Below are positions 1-8,764 of a DNA stretch of 64,000 nt, piece after piece. Both the position numbers and the translations under genes were made by a program. Below the pieces are notes generated by a model. The model saw nothing but the letters and a program-made list of their open reading frames with translations, was not told where the DNA came from and did no database searches. The first letter of the stretch is position 1, and the number at the start of each line of letters is the position of its first letter. Origin of the DNA: Candidatus Latescibacterota bacterium (GTDB lineage: Bacteria > Latescibacterota > UBA2968 > GCA-2709665); NCBI GenBank assembly GCA_965222075.1, contig OZ244937.1:800001-864000 (forward strand), read 5' to 3'.

Positions 1-258
1 GTGCGATATTAATGTACCATGTTTATCTTTTAGGGGCAACTCTAAAGTCTTCTCGGGGCCAGGAGACCCGACCTATTCCCCCTTATCGTCAAGCGTATCC
101 CCCTTTGCCTTTTCAGGCTGGGCGCATTATCTTCTCCAATAGTAAGGCTGTACCTCAGAGTCCGGGATGGAGGCCGGGGACTCCTGAAGGATCTGGGTTT
201 GGCGGGCATGTCTCGGACAATAGAGGTATGCCCTTTTCCGTTTGGGGACCGAGTCATT

Positions 259-535
259 ATGATCCGAATGCTTGTCCTTACGGGTGTCGTCCTGGCACTT
301 GCTGCGGGTGAGTGCCTGGCTGTGCGGCCCTACGAGCCGGTCCTGGAGTCCTGGCGCTGGCGGTCCTTCCCGGAGTTGAAGGGGCTGGGGCTCCGGTGCA
401 TGGCCGAAGACCGGGATGGGAACATGTGGTTCGGTACGGATGGGGGGGCGCGGCGCTATGACGGGCTGAATTGAAAGGTCTATACGCCGGAGGATGGTCT
501 TCCGGGCGCGCCGGTGTGGACGCTTTGCGCAGCAA
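259..535 (+). pseudogene. Two-component regulator propeller (Reg_prop) protein, N-terminal fragment
   Basis: Signal peptide, then LRCMAEDRDGNMWFGTDGGARRYDGLN; TGA at 472-474 sits where Trp is expected, and the frame continues KVYTPEDGLPGAPVWTL (typical Reg_prop repeat) before similarity is lost at about 535. Confidence 0.75.
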
Positions 536-550
536 GGAGGTTGTGGTCCG

Positions 551-985
551 ATGATGAATACCAGGAACACCCCAGGTCTCTTTCGGTTCCTATTATGCTT
601 TGCCGTGATTTATTCCATGCTGGCATGGTGTGCCGGGATATCCGCCTCTGACAACGCCCAACGTCCCTATGTTCCCCCAAGTGACGTGCCTGCCATTCTT
701 CGAACGACACCCGAAGAAGCCGCCCGTGAAGTACTGATTCAGGTAGCACCTGGATTTATGGAATTTCCGGAAGGCAAGGTCGTGGCGCAGTGGCATGAGT
801 TTGAGAATGTCGAGCCGGCTTTAAAAGATGTGCTTGACAAATTTGCTCCAGAAATTCTGATCAAGGCATTCCCGAACTTTGACCCCGCTACCGACAGTGT
901 GCGAGTTTCGCATCGAACAGGGCAACAGGTCGTTTTCAACGATTACAGTAGAATTTACAAGTTGAGGTTCCCGCCTGGAGCCGAC
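551..985 (+). pseudogene. Secreted protein fragment resembling a subtilase (S8) N-terminal prodomain
   Basis: Signal peptide, then EVLIQV...LIKAFP...DYSRIYKLRFP, a pattern I associate with S8 prodomains; no catalytic domain follows and the sequence switches to an LRR cap. Confidence 0.45.
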
Positions 986-990
986 CGACT

Positions 991-1919
991 GTTGTGGACG
1001 ACTGCGCCCTGGTCACGGAGGCGCACCTATCCTCGACACGAGCTTGCATCTTGGTAGTCATGGGATCACTGCCTTGCAGGGAGACGATTTCTCCGGCCTG
1101 TCCAGGCTGCAAAGACTATTTTTTAACCACAACGCTTTGAGCGCACTGCCCGAGGGTGTGTTCTCCGGCCTGTCCAGTTTGCATTCCCTATATCTTAGCA
1201 ATAACTCTTTGAGCGCACTGCCTGAGGGGTTCTCCAGCCTGTCCAGTTTGCATTCCCTATATCTTGACAATAACTCTTTGAGTACGCTGTCTGAGGGGTT
1301 CTCCGGCCTGGACAGACTGTCGGAGATATCGCTTACCGGCAACGCTTTGAGCGCACTGCCCAAGGGTGTGTTCGCAGGCCTGTACAGGCTGGAGGCACTA
1401 CGGCTTGCCGGCAATCGCCTGAGTGCACTGCCTGAGGATGTGTTCGCAGGCCTGCCCGGTCTGCGTTTCCTGGATCTTACCGGCAACGCTTTGAGCACAC
1501 TGCCCAAGGGGGTGTTCTCCGGCCTGTACAGTCTGGAGGCGCTATGGCTTGAAGATAACCCTGGATCTCCCTTTACATTGACAATAAAGCTGGAACGCAC
1601 AGACAACACAGACAATACTGCGCCGGGTCCTGCCACCATCGTGGTCAAACTTGCCGAGGGTGCGCCGTTCGACATGACCGTCAACCTGTCAGCACAGGGT
1701 GGAACCCTGTCGGCCACTACGGCTACGATTTCATCGGGTCACACCGCGAGCGAAGCCGTCGTGGTGACCCAGACCGGGGCCGAACCGGCGGAGCAGGGAT
1801 ACGTGGAAATCGATTTGAGCAAGGCCAAGCCCGGGATTAACATCCTTGAGGTTGAGATTAAGGACCTTGTCACCGGTAAGAGCGCGACCCGGGAGATCCG
1901 GTTTCAGTACGGGGGGTGA
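991..1919 (+). pseudogene. Leucine-rich repeat protein fragment (frameshifted N-cap) fused to a foreign C-terminal beta domain
   Basis: About 7 LRRs of 23-24 aa (LxxLxLxxNxLSALPxGVFxGL). The cap VDDCALVTEAHLSS (994-1035) is out of frame with TSLHLGSHGITAL (1038 on). No proper start codon. Confidence 0.75.
1130..1545 (+). repeat. 69-72-nt coding tandem repeats (LRR units)
   Basis: Recurring aacgctttgagcgcactgcc...ggtgtgttc...ggcctg units; two adjacent units share tccagtttgcattccctatatctt. Confidence 0.85.
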
Positions 1920-2000
1920 GTTCTGATTTTTGCACCCCAGAGACGCAGGGTAGTGACCTTTTGTATATGTATTTGTTCAAATTACTGAAGAAATTATGAA

Positions 2001-2042
2001 AACAAAAGGGGAGTCGAGAAATCGACTCCCCATCGTTTTTTT
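2001..2042. terminator. Intrinsic terminator hairpin, likely bidirectional, downstream of tRNA-fMet
   Basis: GGGGAGTCGA-gaaa-TCGACTCCCC (2008-2031) with an A-tract on the left and a T-tract on the right. Confidence 0.8.
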
Positions 2043-2119
<77 letters not shown>

Positions 2120-2167
2120 ACCATGATATCCAAGCAGCTTGGAAATTAACCGGTTCGGGAGATTTTG

Positions 2168-3451
2168 TCAAGCGATTTCTTCGGTTTTGTCCTTTGCATC
2201 CTGTTCTGTTTCCCGTTTTTCAATCCGGACGGTGGTGATGCGCTGGCCGACGACATCCTCAATGGACAGGATCAGATTGTCGAACGCAAAGGAGTCGCGG
2301 GGGTTGGGAACCTGTCCCAGGTGGTTGTAGATGAAGCCGCCCAGGGTCTCGTAGCCGTCCTGGGGCAGGTCGACATTGAGGAGGAGGTTGAGGTCTTCAA
2401 TGGCGATGCGGGCATCGGCGGTAAGCACCTGACCTTCCTCACACCATTGGAAGAGCGGCGTTTCCTCGTCGTACTCGTCCTGGATTTCACCGACGATCTC
2501 TTCGATCAGGTCCTCTAAGGTGACCAGGCCGGAGGTGCCGCCGTATTCGTCTACCACGATGGCTATATGGACCTTCGCGTTTTTGAATTCCCGCAGGAGT
2601 TCATCGATGTTTTTGTTTTCCGGCACAAAGTAGGAGTCGCGCATAATCCGGGCGATTTCCCAGTCCTGTCCGGTGCTGAGGATATTCAGGAGATCCTTCA
2701 CATAGACCACGCCTTCGATGTGGTCTACCCGTTCCTTGTAGATGGGGATTCGGGAGTGGCGCGTTTTCTGTACGAGGTCCAGGAAGTCTTTGGGAGGCAT
2801 GGAGACCTCGGCACAGACCATGTCGATGCGGGGAACCATGACCTCTTTGACCGTGGTATCGCCGAATTCGAAGATCCCTTCGATCATGTCGCGTTCTTCG
2901 GCCTCGATGGTGCCCTCTTCGGTTTCCGATTCGACGATCTGGCGGAGCCCCTCCTCTTTTATGGCCCTGGTGTCGGTCTCGCTGACAAAGAGATTCCGGG
3001 TGCGTTGAAGGAGCAGGGTTGGGAGGAGGAGGAGGAGGTAGAGGGGGTAGCAGATCAAAAGGAGTAAGGGAGAATCGGATCCCTCTTCACGCCGGTAGGG
3101 CGGAATGGTGTTGCTGATGAAGAGTGAGATCAGCACGAAGAAGGCGACCGCGAAGACAGAGCGCAGGATGGGCCAGGGAATGGGATATGGAAAGGACGCC
3201 GTCAGGTTGACGGTGGCCACACAGCCGATCGCGATCGCGACGGTTTGGCCAAAGATTGCCATTTGACCCAGCACATCGCGGGGTCTGTACATGGATAAGA
3301 GGAGGCGGGCACGGAGGTCTCCCTCGTCGCGGAGGCGTTCCAGGGTGGACCGGGAGAGTGCGCTGCCAATAGAACCGAGACGCGCCAGAAGGGCTGTCAC
3401 CAAAAGTGAGGCGATCAGGATCAGGCCTTCTGGCCACTCAGAATCATCCAA
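2168..3451 (-). CDS. HlyC/CorC family (CNNM + 2 CBS + CorC) transporter
   Basis: N-terminal TM segments, [46 protein letters not shown]-terminal ETLGGFI; typical position after ybeY. Confidence 0.93.
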   Translation of the reverse strand: MDDSEWPEGLILIASLLVTALLARLGSIGSALSRSTLERLRDEGDLRARLLLSMYRPRDVLGQMAIFGQTVAIAIGCVATVNLTASFPYPIPWPILRSVFAVAFFVLISLFISNTIPPYRREEGSDSPLLLLICYPLYLLLLLPTLLLQRTRNLFVSETDTRAIKEEGLRQIVESETEEGTIEAEERDMIEGIFEFGDTTVKEVMVPRIDMVCAEVSMPPKDFLDLVQKTRHSRIPIYKERVDHIEGVVYVKDLLNILSTGQDWEIARIMRDSYFVPENKNIDELLREFKNAKVHIAIVVDEYGGTSGLVTLEDLIEEIVGEIQDEYDEETPLFQWCEEGQVLTADARIAIEDLNLLLNVDLPQDGYETLGGFIYNHLGQVPNPRDSFAFDNLILSIEDVVGQRITTVRIEKRETEQDAKDKTEEIA

Positions 3452-3469
3452 CGGGGAGTCACGCTCCTT

Positions 3470-3907
3470 TCATCGTGTAACCCGGGCCAAATAGCGCGCT
3501 TCCTGGCGCTGCATGCTCGCATGCGCGGCGTGCGTGTTGTGAGTGTAGCCCAGCAGGTGGAGGACACCGTGGATGGCAAGGTGGGTGATTTCCTCCTGAA
3601 GTGGTCTGTGGGCACCTCGGGCCTGCACCCTTGCGCGGTCCAGGGAGATGTAGATTTCGCCGATTTCACCCCCTGCGGGATGGACCGGGTCCTTCAGGTC
3701 AAAGGAAATGACATCGGTTGGGGCATCGATCCCCCGGAAATCCCGGTTGAGCCGGCACAAGGTGGTGTCGTCGGTCAGGATGAGGGTGACCAGGCCACCT
3801 GCGCCCTGGTCGGACAGGACGGCTTGAAGGGTTGTTTTCAGGGCGTCCTGGTCGAGGCACTCTGTGGGGGGAGCCACACACGCGATGGCGACCTCTGTTT
3901 TGGTCAT
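3470..3907 (-). CDS. ybeY: rRNA maturation endoribonuclease YbeY
   Basis: LNRDFRG.D.PTDVISF, GEIYIS, HGVLHLLGYTH zinc motif. Confidence 0.95.
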   Translation of the reverse strand: MTKTEVAIACVAPPTECLDQDALKTTLQAVLSDQGAGGLVTLILTDDTTLCRLNRDFRGIDAPTDVISFDLKDPVHPAGGEIGEIYISLDRARVQARGAHRPLQEEITHLAIHGVLHLLGYTHNTHAAHASMQRQEARYLARVTR

Positions 3908-6216
3908 CTGCTTTCTTTTCTGCGTTCCCGAAGTTCCTTCATTTGCTGCTGCCAGGGGTAGGCCACCCGGCTGTGTTTTGTAGCCTCCAGCATTGGGAGG
4001 AAGGCTTCCTGGATCTTGGTCAGGTCCTTCAACGTCAGGTCACATTCGTCCAGTTCGCCGGTAGTGAACCTCCCCTTGACGATGGTCTGGACCATGTCTT
4101 TGATCTGGTCGAGAGAATTGTTGGAAAGGGTACGGGTGGCGGATTCCACGGCATCCGCCAGGTTGATGATCCCGGCCTCTTTGGTTTGAGGCTTGGGCCC
4201 GGGATAGCGGTAGTCTTCGGTCCGGACGGTCTGCTTGTCCCCCCGTTCCAGGGCACGGCGTTTAAAGCTGGCAATTTCACTGGTGCCGTGATGCTGAGGA
4301 ATCAGGTCGACAATGGCGCGGGGCAGGCCCTCCTCCTGGGCCAGTGCGACGCCCTCTTTGACATGGGAGATCAGAATCAGGGCGCTCATCCTGGGCTGGA
4401 GTTCGTCGTGGGGATTGATGCCTTTCTGGTTTTCAATAAAGTAGTGGGGGCGGACCATCTTGCCGATGTCGTGATAGTAGCATCCTACCCGCACGAGAAG
4501 CCGGTCTGCGCCTATGGCACCGGCGGCGGCTTCGGAGAGGCCGGCCATGATGATGCTGTGGCTGTAGGTGCCGGGGCTCCGGATGGCCAGGTTGCGCAGC
4601 AGGGGCCGGTTGAGGTCTGAAAGTTCGAGCAGGGTGATGGAGGTGACAACGCCGAATACGCTCTCGAAGATCGGCAGCAAACCGATGGTGAGCACAGTGG
4701 AGGCGCAGGCCGTAAAGACGCCGAAGACGAGGTCCCATTTGACCTGTTCAAAGAATTCGACAATATTGGAGTAGTCGAAGAGGAGAACCCCTGTTGTTGC
4801 TATGGTCAGGGTATAGGCGGCGCTCAGGTAGACCATAGAGCGGTAGAAATCGCTGCGCTTGAGCACCTGGCGCACCGAATAGGCGCCTACCACGCCCGTG
4901 ATCAGAAAGACCAGGCTGTGCTGCAGGCTGCCCAGAATGCTCGCACAGAGGACTGCGCAGATAAGGGAGACGACCAGACCGATGCCGGCATCAAAGAGTA
5001 CGGCGGCCAACATGGCCACAAGGGCGACGGGAACCAGGTAGGGGGTGAGGGCGGCGTGGGTAGCGGCATAAGCAGTCACCAGCACGGGTATCAGGATGAT
5101 GATCCCAAACAGGGCCAGGCTGGAGGTTCGTTCGTAAACGGAGGTCCTGAAGCCCTTGAGAAAGCCGAAGAAGATCGCGATGATCAGTCCGCTGAAGATG
5201 GCCTGGGCGCCGACCTGAACGGTCCGGATGTAGGGGTCTTCCTGCCTGTATTTTTTCATATGCTCGTCCAGGGAGTTCAGCTGGTCGATATGTTCGGCAG
5301 TCACCCGGTCGTGTTTGTGAACAATGCGTTCTCCTTTAAGCACGGTCCCTTTGGTTTTGGAGATCTTGTCCTCGGCGCTTTTCCGACGCTGTTCGGTTTC
5401 CGTAGCGTTGTAGGTCAGGTTGGAGGTAAGGTAGGCCAGAACAACAAGCTCGTGGACGGTTTTGATCTCGGCCGTGGCGCCCTGGGGGAGTTTACGCTCG
5501 ATATCTTCCTGGAGGGTGAGGATAAATTCCTCGAGGTCGCGGATATTCTTCATAGGCACCCTCTGTTCTTTGTTGTCTTTGATGAGGGTGACCTCGTTGT
5601 GGCCTTCCCGGAGGATTTCGGCTTTGTGTTCCATTACGCCGGAGGCGTAGATGGTGGCAAGGAGGTCTTGAGCCGTTGTTCTGAACGCCTCCAGGCGTTG
5701 GGGGTCGGCGGCTGCCTGGTTCAACAGGAAGCGGAGGGTGGGCCTGGAGATCGGCCTGATTTCGGGGTGGGCCTGTTTGAGGCGGAGTATGGCCGAGTCG
5801 GAAGAGGCCGAACCGCTCAGGTCGATCAGGTTCTCAAAAAAGGCGTTGAACGCCTTTTCCTGTTTTGCGGGCAGCGTTGCGTCGAAGATCAGCACGGGCA
5901 GGATCTCACGCCGGGCAGCGGCGACCTCTTGCTCGTATTCGGCCTTGTTTTTCCGGACGTTGAAGGCTTCCGGCGCAATCACTTCCGCAGGGGCGATTCC
6001 GCCTTCCAAAAAGTCCTTGTACTCGCCGCTCCGTCTGGTGGGGTAGAGCAGGGTGAGAATGCCCACCAGCACCACCAGAATGCTCGCCCGGAGGATCTGT
6101 TCTGCCTTGATCTGAGGGGTCCAGCTTTTCCAGCGCTTCCACACTGGTTTGCGGCTGCCAAGGTCCTTTTCCGTAAGGCCACCGTAGGCCGGTTTTTTTC
6201 GGGTGCTGCGCATCAT
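3904..6216 (-). CDS. 7TM-HD phosphohydrolase (PgpH-like, probable cyclic dinucleotide phosphodiesterase)
   Basis: Large extracytoplasmic 7TMR-HDED region, 7 TM helices, PGTYSHS, YYHDIGK, HHGT, LADAVE; conserved phoH-HD-ybeY order. Confidence 0.92.
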   Translation of the reverse strand: MMRSTRKKPAYGGLTEKDLGSRKPVWKRWKSWTPQIKAEQILRASILVVLVGILTLLYPTRRSGEYKDFLEGGIAPAEVIAPEAFNVRKNKAEYEQEVAAARREILPVLIFDATLPAKQEKAFNAFFENLIDLSGSASSDSAILRLKQAHPEIRPISRPTLRFLLNQAAADPQRLEAFRTTAQDLLATIYASGVMEHKAEILREGHNEVTLIKDNKEQRVPMKNIRDLEEFILTLQEDIERKLPQGATAEIKTVHELVVLAYLTSNLTYNATETEQRRKSAEDKISKTKGTVLKGERIVHKHDRVTAEHIDQLNSLDEHMKKYRQEDPYIRTVQVGAQAIFSGLIIAIFFGFLKGFRTSVYERTSSLALFGIIILIPVLVTAYAATHAALTPYLVPVALVAMLAAVLFDAGIGLVVSLICAVLCASILGSLQHSLVFLITGVVGAYSVRQVLKRSDFYRSMVYLSAAYTLTIATTGVLLFDYSNIVEFFEQVKWDLVFGVFTACASTVLTIGLLPIFESVFGVVTSITLLELSDLNRPLLRNLAIRSPGTYSHSIIMAGLSEAAAGAIGADRLLVRVGCYYHDIGKMVRPHYFIENQKGINPHDELQPRMSALILISHVKEGVALAQEEGLPRAIVDLIPQHHGTSEIASFKRRALERGDKQTVRTEDYRYPGPKPQTKEAGIINLADAVESATRTLSNNSLDQIKDMVQTIVKGRFTTGELDECDLTLKDLTKIQEAFLPMLEATKHSRVAYPWQQQMKELRERRKESR

Positions 6217-6228
6217 GGCAGAGCTTTC

Positions 6229-7269
6229 TTACGTATTCTCACCATCTTTGCTGTCCTCACCGGCCTGCGGGCCGGCGATTTCGTCTTTCCGGAGGCGGTT
6301 TTCGTAGTGGTCGTAGGCGTTGATGATCTCCTGAACCAGGGAATGCCGCACCACGTCGCGCTCTGTAAAGTAGACAAAGCGGATGGTTTCGATATGCGAA
6401 AGAATATGCTGGATGTGAACCAGTCCTGGCGTCATGTCCGGGGGGAGATCGATCTGGGTGATGTCGCCGGTAATGACGGCTTTGGAGTGGGTTCCCAGGC
6501 GGGTCAGAAACATCTTCATCTGACTGATGGTGGTGTTCTGGGCCTCATCTAAGATCACAAAGGCGTTGTTGAGGGTTCGACCCCGCATAAAGGCCAGGGG
6601 AGCGATCTCCAGAGTACGGATTTCGATCAGGTGTCGGAGGTGATCGGCCGGAATCATATCCCCAAGCGCATCGTAGAGCGGCCGAAGGTAGGGATTGACC
6701 TTCTCCTGGATGTCGCCCGGCAAAAAACCGAGATTTTCACCGGCTTCAACGGCTGGACGGGTCAGGACAATACGGGAGACTTCCTTGCGCTTGAGCGCCG
6801 CTGCTGCACAGGCCACAGCCAGATAGGTCTTCCCGGTACCCGCCGGGCCAATTCCGAAAACGATGTCGTATTCATCGATTGCCGATACATAGGCAAGTTG
6901 TCCTTCAGAACGAGGCCGCACCAGATTTTTCTTGGTCACCAGTACCGCTTTTGAAGGGTCGGCACGGCCTCTCCCGGTCGATCGGTAGTCTATGAAATTG
7001 AGAGAATCGAACGGATCGAGGGTATCTCCCCGGCGCAGACAGGAGACCATCTCCTCAATCAGGGCCGATACGTGCCGCACTTTGTGTGTGGGCCCATTGA
7101 TCGTCAGAAAATCTCCCCGGGCCGTGAGTCGAACGCCATAACGGCCTTCCAGGGCGAGCAGGTTGGCATCGTTGTGCCCATACAGCATAAGAGGGTCAAC
7201 GTCCTGGATCGAGATCTGATGAGAACGTGTCGTTTCCTTCAGTAGCTGTGCCTCCCGGGGTTGGAACAA
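6229..7269 (-). CDS. phoH: PhoH family ATPase (YbeZ-like)
   Basis: GPAGTGKTYLA, RPAVEAGENLGFLPGD, MRGRTL, DEAQN, TGDITQIDLP. Start codon uncertain. Confidence 0.95.
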   Translation of the reverse strand: MFQPREAQLLKETTRSHQISIQDVDPLMLYGHNDANLLALEGRYGVRLTARGDFLTINGPTHKVRHVSALIEEMVSCLRRGDTLDPFDSLNFIDYRSTGRGRADPSKAVLVTKKNLVRPRSEGQLAYVSAIDEYDIVFGIGPAGTGKTYLAVACAAAALKRKEVSRIVLTRPAVEAGENLGFLPGDIQEKVNPYLRPLYDALGDMIPADHLRHLIEIRTLEIAPLAFMRGRTLNNAFVILDEAQNTTISQMKMFLTRLGTHSKAVITGDITQIDLPPDMTPGLVHIQHILSHIETIRFVYFTERDVVRHSLVQEIINAYDHYENRLRKDEIAGPQAGEDSKDGENT

Positions 7270-7314
7270 ATAAAAAAGCTCCCGTTCCCACTCAGACTAC
7301 GAGAACGAGAGCTT
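7270..7314 (-). terminator. Intrinsic terminator after the LysM gene
   Basis: Minus strand AGCTCTCGTTCTC...GGGAACGGGAGCT followed by TTTTTTATTT. Confidence 0.6.
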
Positions 7315-7395
7315 AGGCGTTAAAGATTAATCCAGAATTGAACTTTCCATAGTCAATAAAGGGCCGATTCCCGGCAAAACAACCGCGTGGGACTG

Positions 7396-8229
7396 TCAGT
7401 TTGCAGGAATTTCAATCACCTGCGCCGGGAAGATCAGGTTGGGGTCTAAAATCTGAGCCTTGTTGGCCTGATAGAGCCTGGGCCACTTGGTCATGTCTTT
7501 ATAGACGGTTTGGGCAATGCTGGTGAGGTGTTGCCCGCGAAGGACCAGGTGCTGATTCTGGTCTACGCCGATGGGCACGTTGAGGTTCCAGTCGGGGTAG
7601 ATCAGGTTCGGGTCTTTGATCCGGGCCCGGTTCTCAACGTAGATCCGGGGCCACATGTAAGGGTCGCTGTAGTGGACCGGCATCTTGGCGATATTCCAGA
7701 GGTTGTCGCCCCGGACCACCATATACTTCTTGATGCGCTTGCGCGGCATGCGGGCGTTGATCCGTTCGATGAGTTGATCGATATTCCTGAGCTTTGCCTG
7801 GGCTTGTGGCAACAGCGCGATTTTGTTGCCTTTCAGTGTCTTGACCATCTCCACGATGTTGTCGAATTCATCCCTCTTGTCAGCGAGGTCTTCATCGGAG
7901 AGGCTCAACAGCCCCATCAGCTGCTGCTCGATACTGTCCAATTTGCGGAGATAGTCCTTGATCCCCTGTTCATCCGCACCGACCAGCTTGTAAATCTCTT
8001 GCTGTACGGCTGCAATCTGGGCGTCGGTGTCTGCGATCTGCTGGCTGAGTTTCTCTCCGGCCGCCTTGCAGTCTGCCAGCAACGTATTGGCCTTGGCCGC
8101 CTGGTTCTGAGACTCCAGAAGTTTTACTTTGTACTCTTCGTAAGTCATCTCTACCTGCGCAAGGCCCATTTGTGGAATGAGCAGGGCGGCGCAGACGAAG
8201 AGGAATCCAAAACGCTTGAAGGCTGTCAT
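7396..8229 (-). CDS. Secreted coiled-coil protein with two LysM domains
   Basis: Signal peptide, long helical region, YMVVRGDNLWNIA...IKDPNLIYP and HLVLRGQHLTSIA...ILDPNLIFP. Confidence 0.9.
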   Translation of the reverse strand: MTAFKRFGFLFVCAALLIPQMGLAQVEMTYEEYKVKLLESQNQAAKANTLLADCKAAGEKLSQQIADTDAQIAAVQQEIYKLVGADEQGIKDYLRKLDSIEQQLMGLLSLSDEDLADKRDEFDNIVEMVKTLKGNKIALLPQAQAKLRNIDQLIERINARMPRKRIKKYMVVRGDNLWNIAKMPVHYSDPYMWPRIYVENRARIKDPNLIYPDWNLNVPIGVDQNQHLVLRGQHLTSIAQTVYKDMTKWPRLYQANKAQILDPNLIFPAQVIEIPAN

Positions 8230-8255
8230 CCGGGAACTCCTTGAATTTGCGTGAT

Positions 8256-8537
8256 CTACTGCTGGTTCAGGGCGCTCTGCACTATGTCCCGATCATTTTG
8301 AAATTTGGCCAGCTTTTGCTTTTTCTGGGCCAATGTCTTTTCCAACTCCGACTGCTTCTGCCTGCAGGCATTGAGTTCAGCCTGGGAAGACTCCGCCGCT
8401 TTTCGGGCCTCCTCAAGCATCGCAAGCTGCTCCTGCTTGGCCATTCGGGGGCCACACCCCGACAACAGAGGAAGCGCCGCCAACACCAGCACGATGCCGA
8501 TCCCAACCGCCCGTTTCTGCCGTCTGCGTTTTCTCAT
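8256..8537 (-). CDS. Small coiled-coil lipoprotein
   Basis: Basic N-terminus, hydrophobic stretch, lipobox LSG-C, heptad tail; AAAGGAG RBS upstream. Confidence 0.8.
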   Translation of the reverse strand: MRKRRRQKRAVGIGIVLVLAALPLLSGCGPRMAKQEQLAMLEEARKAAESSQAELNACRQKQSELEKTLAQKKQKLAKFQNDRDIVQSALNQQ

Positions 8538-8764
8538 GGTAGGGATATCTCCTTTAATGGTATAATATCCAAAAAAAACAGAGGGTTGCTTTCAAATCTT
8601 CCCCGGCAAAGAAAAAATTGCCCCCTGCTCTGTTTGTACGAAAAAAACTTACCACATAAAAACGCTAATGTCAAGGGAAAAATTGATCCGTCGCCGCGTA
8701 TATGTTTTCTGAGGTCATGGAGCCTGCCTCAATGTCAACGTCAGGTATTCCAATCGGACCGGCT

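Noticed and set aside
1-258. Short ORFs at the left edge
   Set aside because: No recognisable motif or RBS in any frame.
472-474. TGA read as Trp or Sec (recoding)
   Set aside because: Many intact genes end in TGA at expected positions and the fragment is truncated anyway; a nonsense mutation is simpler.
1130-1545. Repeat array as CRISPR or ncRNA array
   Set aside because: Units are 69-72 nt, in frame, and translate to canonical LRRs.
4918-6552. Long antisense ORFs (also 8936-10603, 26177-27775, 36818-38434, 47642-49204, 49105-50814, 51789-53231)
   Set aside because: Shadows of real genes on the opposite strand in high-GC DNA; no recognisable motifs.
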